From the NCBI RefSeq assembly GCF_028641065.1, contig NC_073414.1, positions 3,534,001 through 3,598,000 on the forward strand: DNA of 64,000 bases. Reading direction: 5' to 3'. A program made the position numbers and the translations under genes. Positions 1 through 56,129 of this stretch are shown here, piece after piece. The notes under the pieces are model-generated. The model was not told the DNA's origin. It saw nothing but the letters and a program-made list of their open reading frames with translations, and made no database searches. The stretch is from Leucoraja erinacea. Its lineage: Eukaryota. Numbering within the stretch: position 1 is the first letter of the stretch; each line of letters opens with the position of its first letter.

Positions 1-140
1 TGGCATGAACGGAGTTCCCACAAGTGGATCATAAAGACAAGATACAAGCCTTGCTCACATTGAAGTAATTAATAATATGAAATTATTGTGGATCGAAGAG
101 CTTAAAGCAAGCCCTGAAAGTGAATGTTTCCAGGAAATAA

Positions 141-44037
<43,897 letters not shown>

Positions 44038-46350
44038 TCCCCACCAGCAAATTTTCTTTTCCATAGCCAGCCCACTCTTTCCTTACTCCCCCCTGGAGCA
44101 TGCACGCGCATTCTCTCCACCACCACCTGAACATGCCAGTGCTATCCGCAGCGTTTTGCAGTTGGCATACACAATTTACCAAGGAACCTTTTGCTGTACA
44201 TTCCATTATGTGTCTTATATTACGACTTCATTAGTCTTAAATCTATGCAAATTTCCATTTTGCGTTTCTATATTGGGGTGCAAAACATTTTCTGTACATT
44301 CTGCACAGACACACTATTTGGAGCACCAACTGTTAATTCATAAGTGCCAACGGACCTGTATGAATCAGTCTCACAGGAATTTGGAGGTTTTGATGTTAAA
44401 TTCTAGAAATTCCATAGGAAACTGGCACCTTTGTATTTTTCCAAATGTACTCGATACTGTAAAACTAAATATTTTTGTATTATAAATATCCTATTTTCAC
44501 CTCTTTCTCCCCCCCACCCACCCCACACAAACTCTGAACCAAGGTATAATGATGTGCTGCTTCAATTAATTTTCTTTCTGCAGCCAATTTGTAGAATAAT
44601 TTTCACCAGGTGGGCCACAAATGTTTTTTTTTAAATGGATAAGGTATTTAGTTCTACAGTGCAGTATATGCTTTGAAGGAGGATGCAGTTACCTGGAAAT
44701 TGTTTCTAACCGAAAATCGTGGCTGATTTAGATTTTTTTGCGAGTTTTTTTTTTCTCTCTCTTTAATTCAGTGTTCCAGAGTAGCCCATACTGCCCTTGC
44801 TGAACAGAATCTGTGTCTAGACTTTGGGAGTGTTTGGACAGGTCAGGTGACATGCTGAATAGGCAGCCCTTTACTGAAACGCAGGAGGAATAAATAAATT
44901 GCTGGCAGTGGGTATTAAGACAGTAACATGTTTGACTTTCTGATGGCTTCTCAAATAAACCATGTGACCTTAGTGGTGTCATGGGTTTAACAGCGCCCCA
45001 AGGGTGATTTGCTGTTCGCTGTTGCAGTTATTTATTATGAATAGCTTGTTAAAATAGCGTTGGCTTTAGCTACTGTTGTGCAGTTGAGGCAGTGTTGAAT
45101 TCTAAAGGGGACTGGGCTTGAATCTGGAGCGTTTTGCTACCACATTTACTTGTCGGGACTGAAGGAGTAAGACAAGAAATCATGGCAGGTACTGCAATGC
45201 TCTCCTTTGTCCAGTGGCATCATGTTATTGCAGATTCCCACCGGGAAGTTTGAATCATTCATGTAAACTGATCATGGAACAGAACAGCAAAGTAGATGGG
45301 TGTAAAATTACTGAAATGCACATTCTATAATCCTAAATCATGAAAGTATAATCTTTGGTGAAGGCAAATGGGGATGTACACTGCATGCCCAAGAATGAAA
45401 TTGGATGGAAACTTGACATATGCCTACCCAGAAACGCATCACGAGTCTGATTGAAGTCGGCAGCTAGGATTAAGTGCTGTAACTAACACGGTGATGAACT
45501 GGGACTGTCAGCTGTGTGTCTTGACACTTCCAGCTATGCAGTTGGAAAGTGAGCCCAGTGCTCGAAGCATTGGTACAACTGTAACTGGCTATGGTGACTG
45601 AGTGGCTTCACCTCAAACGGAGAGGATGGTTTCCCCCATTTAAATAGTTATGCCAGGGGTAAAATAGGTTATTTTTGAGGTAGGAAAAGTATTTATCTCT
45701 CCATATTTAATCTGTTCATGTACATACTGCAGTGGTCTATAATTTGAATGACTGCCTTTTTAAATAAAAACAAAAACAAAGCTGGGCTTTTTCTGTGAGG
45801 GTACTGAGTTTTTTTGCAGAAAGAAGTCTTTAGGGGGGGGGGTTGGGAGGTGGAAATGGGGGCTTTTGTTTTAATTTTTGATTCTCCTTGCTCCTCGGAC
45901 TTAGACGTTGAATTGTTGTTGCTGTGAGAAATAGGCTGGCCTTGAGAGAGTATAACTGCAGTTCTTGGTGGTGTGGAAGGGCTTTTTGCTATTTACCTTA
46001 ATATGGGACTTGCTATACGACATATATATATATATATCTCATCTGAAATTCTCATGGACTGTAATTACTGCTTGGTTTTTAAAAGAGGAAATAAATTGAA
46101 CATTCTCTGGATTTAAAATAAAAAAAACATTCCAATGGACAAATGAGATTTTCTGGAATATTAGAAATATTGTGAACATTTTCTTCCCCTTTGTAGCCTC
46201 CTTGCCATAATTGTGAAGTATAAGTGAGGGCTGCCTTTCTACATTTGATTTAAGGGTGTTTTCAGAGGGTCTCTGCTACCTTAGCCCTATTAGATGAAAT
46301 AAATCATCACTATTTTTGAGAAATAAAAACTCCCAGACTCTTTATTTTAA
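44038..46350 (+). other. ACTN4: Probable ACTN4 3' UTR with several poly(A) signals
   Basis: About 2.3 kb with no recognisable interspersed repeat; AATAAA at 44889, 45763, 46090, 46117, 46298 and 46322, the last followed by a T/GT-rich tract. Confidence 0.6.
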
Positions 46351-49300
46351 AGTCTGACTTTGAAGGTGTGTTTATTTCTTGCGATACAAGGCTACTCCTG
46401 GACTCTGAAGGTGTGCGTGGTTGAGCTCTCGAACGGCAGTGAGCAGTTTGGAAGAAAATGCATTCAATTACATGGTATATTGTGTATTGCTCGGCAGCTT
46501 GGCATTCACCGTTTCTCTCTGCCTCCTGAATTGGTATTAGTTTATTATAAATGAATGAATACTTAATTTTATTGTCACATGTCAGTCTGAAAAGGGTCCA
46601 GAACTAAGTCCTAAACATGGGCTCAGCAAATTGATATGTTGTTTGTGTCCCCTTTATGTCCCCCAATAAAGCCCTGAATGTCATGACCCCCAGGTTAAGA
46701 ACCTCACCCAGATTTAGAACCACTACTCTAGACCCCACGACACCGATTTCCAAAACTGAACAAACCATCTCTGCCCAGACCAACCTCCCTGACTGGCTCC
46801 AGACATTGGGATCCATTGGTATATATTTTATCGACATATAGTGTTGCAGTGTGGAAACAGGCCCTTCGGCCTAACGTGAAAGGGCAAATACCAGAGTGCA
46901 GAATAGTGCTTCAGACAAAGTCTAACGTCTACAATAAGGAAGCTGGAAGATCGGGAATAATGATTTTGACATAAAAATGAATGAATCACCCTGTAAGGGT
47001 TTGCTACAGGGACAGTTGCACTGGTATCATGGTTCAATGGGCCTTCATTGTCATGAATGCTCAGCACAGTAACATTCTTTTGCACAACCCACAAATGCAC
47101 AGTCGCCATATTTTGGCACCATTTGCGAAGAGAAAGTCGAGTCTGCTCCACATGCTGGGAGTAAAGAGCAGCCCAAACCCCCCAGACCAAGGTAAGCCCC
47201 AGGCTGCTGCAGGCCCGCGATCCGATGCCCTTCTCATCCGAGGTCTGTGGCCCTGGGGCGCCTCCTGTCGCCTACTGTGAAGACGCTGGAGACAATATCC
47301 AGGTCCATCTCCTACCGAGCCACTCCTCGCCTCTGAATTCACCAGTGGATCCCTCCTCTGGGCTTCCTCCTGCAGGCAGCGGCCCACTGAGCCCTTGTTC
47401 ACAGTGGTGAACCAGGCCTGCCGCTGCATGTAGCAACTGGTGGCGCACAGGGTCTTTGTTGTCATCTGGGACCGTCCCTGCTTAAGCCAGGCCGATACTT
47501 TATTACAACGGATAAATTATACGCCAATGCCATCATTTATAATTGGTGTGTACTGAGATGCAGTGGAAACACTGATATCCAGTCATTCTCTACACGAGTA
47601 CAATCAAGAAAAGCACAGCAAGCACTGTAAAGAGAGAAACTTCAGAGTGCAGAGTAAAAAGTGCAAGATCCGCTATAAGGTAGGTTGGAAGATCACGACT
47701 ACAACCAGGTTTAAGTTGGATCGAAGATGGACACAAAATGCTGGAGGATCAGGCAGCATCTCTGGAAAGAAAGAATGGCTGATGTTTCGCTTCGAGACCC
47801 GTCTTAAGACTGACTGGTAGTTGATAACAGCGGAGAGTATGCTGTTCCTGAATCTGGTATGTGCTTTCAAGCTTTTAACTTCATCCTGATGGGAGAGGGA
47901 TGAAAATGGTCCGATAATGTTGGCTGTGGTCCGGAAGTGACGTGAAGTGTAAAAGAAGCGTATGGTGGAGAGTCTGATCTGTTGAGGAGTCTTGTTATTA
48001 GTTATATTAAATATACAGGGCATTTTTATTTCCCCAATGAGCTCCTGCATGAAACCATTGCATTTAGTGTCTGGTTGATCTGAATTTAAAACATAGAACA
48101 GAACAGACAGCCTTTTGCCCCACAATATCCATGCCGAACATCAACACCAGATAAATTAATCTCTGTATACGAACAATATCCCTCGATTCCCTATATGGTC
48201 ATGTGTCTATCTGAATGCCTCTTGTATGCCCCTTGTATCTGCTTCTATCACCACATGTGGCAGCAAATCCAGGCACCCATCATACCGTTATATATATTTT
48301 TTTTTAAAGTCTGGAACTTCTCATTTAAACTTTGCCCCTCTGAACATAAGGTCATGAGTAATAGGAGCAGAATGAGTCGTATTTTCATCTTTGGACTGTG
48401 GGAGGAAACTCGCAGGGAGAACATACAAATTCCGTACAGACAGCTCCCCTAGTCGGGATCGAACCTGGGTCGCTGGCGCTGTGAGGCAGCAACTCTACCA
48501 CTGCGACAATCAATATTAATTTCCTTTAAACTGTTTTATCAATTGCAAATATCATAATTGTACTTTATGAGCCAAGTAGGTTTTGCAACATATGAGGATT
48601 TTTATTTGCCATACATACAGTCATACCAATAAAAAGCAACGGAACACACAAAATACATTTTAACATGAACATCCACCACAGTGACTCCTCCACATTCCTC
48701 ACTGTGATGGAAGGTGAAAAAAAGTTCAGTCTCTCCCTTCTTTGTTCTCCAGCGGTGGGGGGGCCCCTAACCTGTTGACGGGACGATCTTACTCCCGTAG
48801 CAGGCGGTGGGCCTCCTCATCGGGGCGATCAAGCTCTTGCATCGGGTGGGATCTCAGCTCCCCCGTGCTGGGCGATCTACCCCGGGTCGGGGCTGGTCGA
48901 ACATCGTGTGGCATTTGGAGCTTCCCAACATCCGTCCCAACCAGAGACTGCGAGCTCCTTGATGATAAAGTCACAGGCCGCACAGTTGGAGCGTTGATCC
49001 CAGGCAAGGAATCTGCTCTGATGGTAAGTTCACGTCCCCACGGTGGGGCTCAAAGTCAGTCTCGAGCAGTTCCACAATGTTAGGCCGCAGAGCGACCGGA
49101 GATACGATCCCAGAAAACAATCGCATCTCCGGCAAGGTAGGACATTGAAAAAATGTTTCCCCCACCCCCACATAAAACAAACTAGAGAGCATTAACACAT
49201 TTTTTAAACACATTAAAATAACAAAAAAAAAGAAAAGGACAGACAGACTGTAGGCGAGGCTGCCATCGAAGCGCCACCTGGTGGAAATAATCAGCTAAAT

Positions 49301-50068
49301 GTTAATGTTCTCCCCTTCCCTCCATTCAAAGAGCAAAATGATGTTTACGTCTGGAAAGTTTGTATCTGTTAATGATGGAAATCCCAGTGGATCCGATCTT
49401 TCTGCTGCACGCATGCACCCTCTTGTGGTGAGCTTCAAGTCATTGGGTATTTTTTTAAAGTGGAGTAAGGGCTTCAAAGGTTAGGGGGAGAAGGCAGGAG
49501 GATGGGGTTGAGAGAGAAAAATACTGTAGATCAGCCATGATTGAATGGTGGAGTGGACTCGATGGGCCACATTAATGAATAATTTTAATGGCCAAGTATG
49601 TTCACATACAAGGAATTTGCCTTGGTGCTCCGCTCGCAAGCAACAACACGACATGCAGTAAACAATTGATAATAAAACATTATCGTTTAAACGTGAATGA
49701 AATAAAATACCAGAGCACAAGGAGGCTACAGACTTTTAGTTATTGAGTAGAGCATAAATGGATCAAAAGCGCAACCATGTAAGGCAATGGCTGAGAAATT
49801 TAGACTGAAGAAGGATCCTGATCCAAAACTTTGCCATGTCTATTCTGTCCACAGATGTTATCTGACCTGCTGAGTTCCTCCAGCACTTCTGTGTGTGGAT
49901 CAATAAATACAACTGGGGAACTTGTGCCAAGAGTCAGAGTACTGTGGAACTCTCTCTCTCTTTCTTCCTTAAAGCCAAGGGCGAGGTTTCAGAAATGACC
50001 GAGGTGCATGTAAGAGTTGACACAGAACAAGACGTTTTAATCTAAAAATCTCGTTGCCTGGAGACCAG

Positions 50069-50130
50069 GTTTACACACGTTTACACACTTCCACGTTTAC
50101 ACACTTCCACGTCTACACACTTCCACGTCT
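50069..50130. repeat. Short tandem repeat (TTTACACACTTCCACG), about 3-4 copies
   Basis: Direct inspection. Confidence 0.8.
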
Positions 50131-51099
50131 AGGAGAACATGCAAACGTCTTCCAGCTTTCATTCGAGCAAGTCAAAAGGGTTTAATTGAGATATGTGCAA
50201 AAACAAGATTGGAATTCTTACTTGCAGCAACACAACAGGTTTGGAAACACTGCAAACAACCGATAACACGATAGAAACGGAAAACAAGGTTCAATAGACA
50301 ATAGGTGCAGGAGTAGGCCATTTGGCCCTACGAGCCTGCACTGTCTCCCCATATCCCCTGACTGCTATCTTTAAGACCTCTCTTGAAAGGATCCAGAATA
50401 CATTTAAAAAAAAAAAAAAAGGGCAAAATGAGTTTGCAGTGTAGTCACAGCTCTTTGGTGCAGGAAGGAGCTGCAGGCGCTGGTTTAGACCGAAGTTGGA
50501 CACAAGATGCTGGAGTAACTCAGCGGGACAGGCAGCATCTCTGGGGAGAAGGAATGGGTGACGTTTCGGGTCGAGACCCTTCGTCAGACGTTGTTTCTGT
50601 CCAGTCTGGAGAAGGGTCTCGACCCGAAATGTCACCTATTCCTTCTCTCCACAGATGCTTATATCACAAATGCAGACATCATATCTACTATAAATTCAAA
50701 TTCACACATGCACTGACTACACCGCCCAACACGGACTTCCATCTGTATATCTCGTCTGAAGAAGGGTTTCGGCCCGAAACGTTGCCTATTTCCTTCGCTC
50801 CATAGATGCTGCTGCACCCGCTGAGTTTCTCCAGCTTTTCTGTGTAACCTTCCATCTGTATATATGTATGTATGTAGCGCCGCAGAATTTGTGCACCTAT
50901 TCCCCCCCATCTTCCTTCTGTTTTTTTTTGTGTTTTTTTTTTCTGTTTCTTGTTTTTTGTGCTAAATTGTATCTATGCACTGAGTACGAGCAGCTTTCAG
51001 TTTCACTGTACATGTATAGTGACAATAAATGGCATATCTATGTCTATCTATGCTGCCTGTCCCGCTGAGTTACTCCAGAGAGTTTTGTGTGTGCAGCTC

Positions 51100-51546
51100 C
51101 GGTCGGCGCCGCCAGGGGGCAGTGGGTGCAGTGGCGGCTGTTGACCGTAGGGGGCGGGGCCCGGAGAAGAGGGGGCGGGTCCGAGGGAGAGGGGGGCGTG
51201 GCCAGGGGGCGGGGCCAATGGTGGGCGGGGCCAATGGTGGGGGCGGGGCCAATGATGGGCGGGGCAGGCTGGGGAGGGGGCAGGCTGGGGAGGGGGCGGG
51301 GCCAATGGTGGGCAATGGGGGCGGGGCAGGCTGGGGAGGGGGCGGGGCCAAGAAGGGGCGGGGCCACTGGTGGGCGGGGCCAGCGGCTCCACAATCCCCC
51401 CCCCGCCACCGGCTAGACTTGGTCTCTCCCTCTCTCCCTCCACACACACAAACCCCCCCGCGGTCGGAGTGGAATCGCCCGTCGCCCGGGGAACCGGGAC
51501 CCGGATGCGGTCTGCGGGAGATTGCCGGATGTGGCGGCGACAGGAG
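51100..51546 (+). promoter_or_regulatory. CpG-rich promoter-like region with tandem GC-box/CCAAT units and a candidate first exon
   Basis: About 10 GGGCGGGG boxes, four fused to CCAAT; high CpG density against an AT-rich background; donor-like GAG|GTGAGA at 51546/51547. Confidence 0.6.
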
Positions 51547-51565
51547 GTGAGAGGGGAAAGTAGAG

Positions 51566-52930
51566 GGAGAGGGGCCGAGTGGACACGGGGGGGGGGAGAG
51601 GGGCCGAGTGGACACGGGGGGAGAGGGGCCGAGTGGACACGGGGGGGGGGAGAGGGGCCGAGTGGACACGGGGGGGGGGGGCCGAGGGGGCCGGGGGGGA
51701 CAGGGGGGGGGGGGGAGAGGGGCCGAGTGGACACGGGGGGAGAGGGGCCGAGTGGACACGGGGGGAGAGGGGCCGAGTGGACACGGGGGGGAGAGGGGCC
51801 GAGTGGACACGGGGGGGGAGAGGGGCCGAGTGGACACGGGGGAGAGGGGCCGAGTGGACACGGGGGGGGGAGAGGGGCCGGGGGGGGGAGAGGGCCGAGG
51901 GGGGGGGAGAGGGGGCCGAGTGGACAGGGGGGGGGGAGGGGCCGAGTGGACACGGGGGGGGGAGAGGGGGGCCGAGTGGACACGGGGGGGGGAGAGGGGC
52001 CGAGTGGACACACGGGGGAGAGGGGCCGAGTGGACACGGGGGAGAGGGGCCGAGTGGACACGGGGGGGGGGAGAGGGGCCGAGTGGACACGGGGGGGGGG
52101 GGGGGAGGGGGGCCGAGTGGACACGGGGGGGGAGGGGCCGAGTGGACACGGGGGGGAGAGGGGCCGAGTGGACACGGGGGGGAGAGAGGGGCCGAGTGGA
52201 CACGGGGGGGGGGAGAGGGGCCGAGTGGACACGGGGGGAGAGGGGCCGAGTGGACACGGGGGGAGAGGAGGAGGAGAGGGGCCGAGTGTGGACACGGGGG
52301 AGAGGGGCCGAGTGGACACGGGGGAGAGGGGCCGAGTGGACAGGGGGGAGAGGGGGCCGAGTGGACGGGGGGAGAGAGGGGCCGAGTGGACACGGGGGGG
52401 GGGAGAGGGGCCGAGTGGACACGGGGGGGAGAGGGGCCGAGTGGACACGGGGGGAGAGGAGAGGGGCCGAGTGGACACGGGGGGGGGAGAGGGGCCGAGT
52501 GGACACGGGGGGAGAGGGGCCGAGTGGACACGGGGGGGGGGAGGGGCCGAGTGGACACGGGGAGAGGGGCCGAGTGGACACGGGGGGAGAGGGGCCGAGT
52601 GGACACGGGGGGAGAGGAGGAGAGGGGCCGAGTGGACACGGGGGGAGAGGGGGCCGAGTGGACACGGGGGGAGAGGGGCCGAGTGGACACGGGGGAGAGG
52701 GGCCGAGTGGACACGGGGGAGAGGGGCCGAGTGGACACGGGGGGAGAGGGGCCGAGTGGACACGGGGGGAGAGGAGGAGAGGGGAGAGGGGCCGAGTGGA
52801 CACGGGGGGAGAGGGGCCGAGTGGACACGGGGGGGGGGGGAGGGGCCGAGTGGACACGGGGGGGAGAGGGGCCGAGTGGACACGGGGGAGAGGGGCCGAG
52901 TGGACACGGGGGGAGAGGGGCCGAGTGGAC
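51566..52930 (+). repeat. G-rich minisatellite, about 48 copies of (GAG)AGGGGCCGAGTGGACAC(G)n
   Basis: About 48 CCGAGTGGAC cores counted by eye plus a few degenerate units; G-run length variable. Confidence 0.95.
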
Positions 52931-53093
52931 AGAAGGGGGAGGGGATGAAGGGAGATGGAGGGGGGGAGAGGGATAGGAGGGGAGAGAGGAAGGTTTAGGG
53001 CTGGAAGGGGAGGAGAGTGAAGAGGAGAGAGGTTGTGGGGCTGAGAGAGGAGAGAGATGAAGGTTGTAGGGGAGGGGTGGGAGGGTGGAGGGG

Positions 53094-53420
53094 AGAAACA
53101 TAGAAATTAGGTGCAGGAGTAGAGGCCATTCGGCCCTTCGAGCCTGCACCGCCATTCATATGATCATGGCTGATCATCCAACTCAGTATCCCGTACCTGC
53201 CTTCTCTCCATACCCCCTGATCCCTTTAGCCACAAGGGCCACATCTAACTCCCTCTTAAATATAGCCAATGAACTGGCCTCAACTACCCTCTGTGGCAGA
53301 GAATTCCAGAGATTCACCACTCTCTGTGTGAAAAATGTTCTCCTCATCTCGGTTTTAAAGGATTTCCCCCTTATCCTTAAGCTGTGACCCCTTGTCCTGG
53401 ACTTCCCCAACATCGGGAAC
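53094..53420 (-). mobile_element. CR1/HER1-like LINE 3' fragment
   Basis: FPMLGKSRTRGHSLRIRGKSFKTEMRRTFFTQRVVNLWNSLPQRVVEASSLAIFKRELD is the CR1 ORF2 C-terminus, plus 3' UTR. Confidence 0.85.
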
Positions 53421-53496
53421 AATGGGATGTGATGCTGAGGTGGGAAGGGGAGAGAAGGAAGAGGAGGAGGAGGTAGGAGATGAGGTGCTGAGGAGA

Positions 53497-53686
53497 GCCA
53501 GTTCATTGGCTATATTTAAGAGGGAGTTAGATGTGGCCCTTGTGGCTAAAGGGATCAGGGGGTATGGAGAGAAGGCAGGGATGGGATACTGAGTTGGATG
53601 ATCAGCCATGATCATATTGAATGGCGAATGGTGCAGGCTCGAAGGGCCGAATGGCCTCTACTCCTGCACCTTATTTCTATGTTTCT
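53497..53686 (+). mobile_element. CR1/HER1-like LINE 3' fragment, inverted copy of 53094-53278
   Basis: Near-perfect reverse complement of the neighbouring copy. Confidence 0.85.
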
Positions 53687-54794
53687 ATGAGAGGATGATG
53701 GAGGGGAGGGAGTGGCTGAAGGGGGCAAGGGAGAGAGGGAGGGAGGGGGAGGATGTAGGTCGGAGGGTGAGGGCAGGGAGCGTAGGGGAGGGGGTGATAT
53801 AGCGAGGGTGTATGTGGGGTAGGGAGGGTGGTGAAGGGGATGGGAGGATGCAGGGGAGGAAGGGCTGGGGTGGGAAGAGTGGGTGTAGGTGAGGGGATAG
53901 AGCTGGGGTGAGAGGGGTGAAGGTGAAGGTTGGCTGAGGGTGTTTATGGGTGAGTGTGATGAGATAAATAACCTCCATGGGTTCTGTGTGATTCGACAAA
54001 TGTTTTATATTTCGCAACATAATTTTGACAAAATCAATGTGTATAACCTGTTAACGGAGATGTTGAAACAAGGAACTGCAGATGCAGTCTTACAAAAGAA
54101 GCGAGTGCTGGAGTAACTCAGCGGGTCAGGCAGCATCTCAGGAGAACATGGATAGGTGACGTTTCGGGTCAGGACCCTTCTTGCAGTTTAAACAAGGGTC
54201 CCGACCTGAAATGTCACCTGTCCATGTTCTGCTGAGATGCTGCCTAACTTTCTGAATTACTCCAGCAGTCTGTGTCTTCTTTGGCTGAACAGGTGAGTTT
54301 GGCAGAAGAGATTCTATATAGATACCGAAGATAGGCACAGAATACTGGAGTAACTCAGCGAGACAGGTGGGAAGGTGTGGGTGACGTTCCTGGTCGAGCC
54401 AGCAGCAGTGCAGTTCCAAGGGTTTCGGCCCGAAAAATTGCCTATTTCCTTCGCTCCATAGATGTTGCCGCACCCGCTGAGTTTCACCAGCAATTTTGGC
54501 TAACATGGAATACTGATGGCTCGCTCTAGTTTCAGGTCTCACACGCCAGCCTGCACTGGTGTCTGTGGTTGCTGCCCTGTCTAAGAGGCACATTCCCCAG
54601 CCCGCCAGACCACAAATTTAAGCTGGCCGGTGAGTGAGTGTAAACGGACTGCGTTCCTGGGATTGTTCCCCAGCTCTGTCGCAAGCCAGCAATCTCAGTT
54701 CGTGCATTCCCTGGCATGGCCAATAATGCAAGGTACAGCAGGCAGGGACATCGAGGGAAAGGGGAACGTGTATATCGCAGGTTTAAACAATAGA

Positions 54795-55130
54795 TAATAG
54801 GTGCAGGAGTAGGCCATTTGGCCCTTTGAGCCAGCGATGGCTGATCATCCCCAATCAGTACCCCATTCCTGCCTTCTCCTCATATCCCCTGACTCCGCTA
54901 TCTTTAAGAGCCCTATCTAGCTCTCTCTTGAAAGCATACAGAGAACCTGCCTCCACTGCCCTCGGAGGCAGAGAATTCCACAGACACACCACTCTCTGTG
55001 AGAAAAAGTGTTTCCTCGTCTCTGTTCTAAATGGCTTACTCCTTATTCTTAAACTGTGACCCCTGTTTCTGGACTCCCCCAACATTGGGAACATGTTTCC
55101 TGCCTCTAGTGTGTCCAAGCCCTTAACAAT
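54795..55130 (-). mobile_element. CR1/HER1-like LINE 3' fragment
   Basis: MFPMLGESRNRGHSLRIRSKPFRTETRKHFFSQRVVCLWNSLP. Confidence 0.85.
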
Positions 55131-55684
55131 CTTTAAAATGGTTTAAAATGGTTGGTGAGTTTGGGGAACTTGGGCAGCGCTTGGACGAGTCTCGTTGCAA
55201 CAGAGCGGTGATTTAGAGACATCTGGAATGTGAGTTTAGTAACTTGGGCTGAGAGAGAAGGTCAAGGTTTAACTCGGAAACATGAAAGGATTGCAGTTTG
55301 TGGAGCTGCAGCTGGAATGGGACATGGATTGGATTGGATTGTCTGAGTGGATTGGAGCAAGTGATGAGTAGGTTATCCCCTCTGGCCCAGGGCCATTCGG
55401 CCCATCAAATCTACACCGCCATTCAATCATGGCTGATCTATCTCTCCCTCCGAACCCCATTCTCCTGTCTTCTCCCCATAACCCCTGACACCGCATCACA
55501 TAACGTGTCCACATTGCGTGGTCTTTACTGTCAGGAATAGATTAAATTGGTGGATAAACAAGAGGCCAGTAATGGAGACATGGGGATTTCCAAAGCCATG
55601 CAAAGATGGGCCTCGTTAATCTGCGTTCCAACCTCGTGGAAGATATTATTGTACCTCCAAATCCATGCTCTTAATTTAGACTAG

Positions 55685-56105
55685 CTTTAGATATACAGCA
55701 TGGAAGCAGCCCCTCTAGGTTTCCGAGTCCACGCCGACCAACTATCCCCATAAGCCAACACTATCCTACACACCGGGGACAATTTTACTAAAGATAGGCA
55801 CAAAATGCTGGAGTAACTCAGCGGGACAGTCGGCATCTCTAGAGGGAAGGAATGGGTGACGTTTCGGGTCGAGACACTTCTTCAGACTGGTTAGGGATAA
55901 GGGAAAGGAGAGATATAGACGATGATGTGGAGAGATAAATAACAGTATTGCACTAAAGCCAATTAACCTGCAAACCTGTACGTCTTTGGAGTGTGGGGGG
56001 AAACCGGAGCACCCGGAGAAAACCCACGCGGTCACAGGGAGAACGTACAAACTCCATACAGACAGCACCTGTAGACAGGATCGAACTAGCACTGCGCCAC
56101 CGTGT
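55685..56105 (-). mobile_element. HE1/V-SINE-like SINE interrupted by a Penelope-derived insert (about 55790-55950)
   Basis: SINE tail and SINE body separated by the caaaatgctggagtaactcagc element; ACTAAAG on both sides. Confidence 0.65.
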
Positions 56106-56129
56106 GACCCCTTAATTTTTGGTCAGTAA

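Noticed and set aside
49332-49427. Possible isolated exon (ccattcaaag ... gtg|gtgagc)
   Set aside because: No recognisable peptide, weak acceptor and no partner exons identified.
51566-52930. CRISPR-like appearance (constant core with variable spacers)
   Set aside because: The spacers are only G-runs of different lengths, the context is vertebrate, and there are no cas genes.
51048-53155. Long ORFs (446-619 aa) in all six frames, Pro-rich or Gly-rich
   Set aside because: They arise from the stop-free G-rich minisatellite; the peptides are low-complexity, and variable G-runs shuffle the frames.
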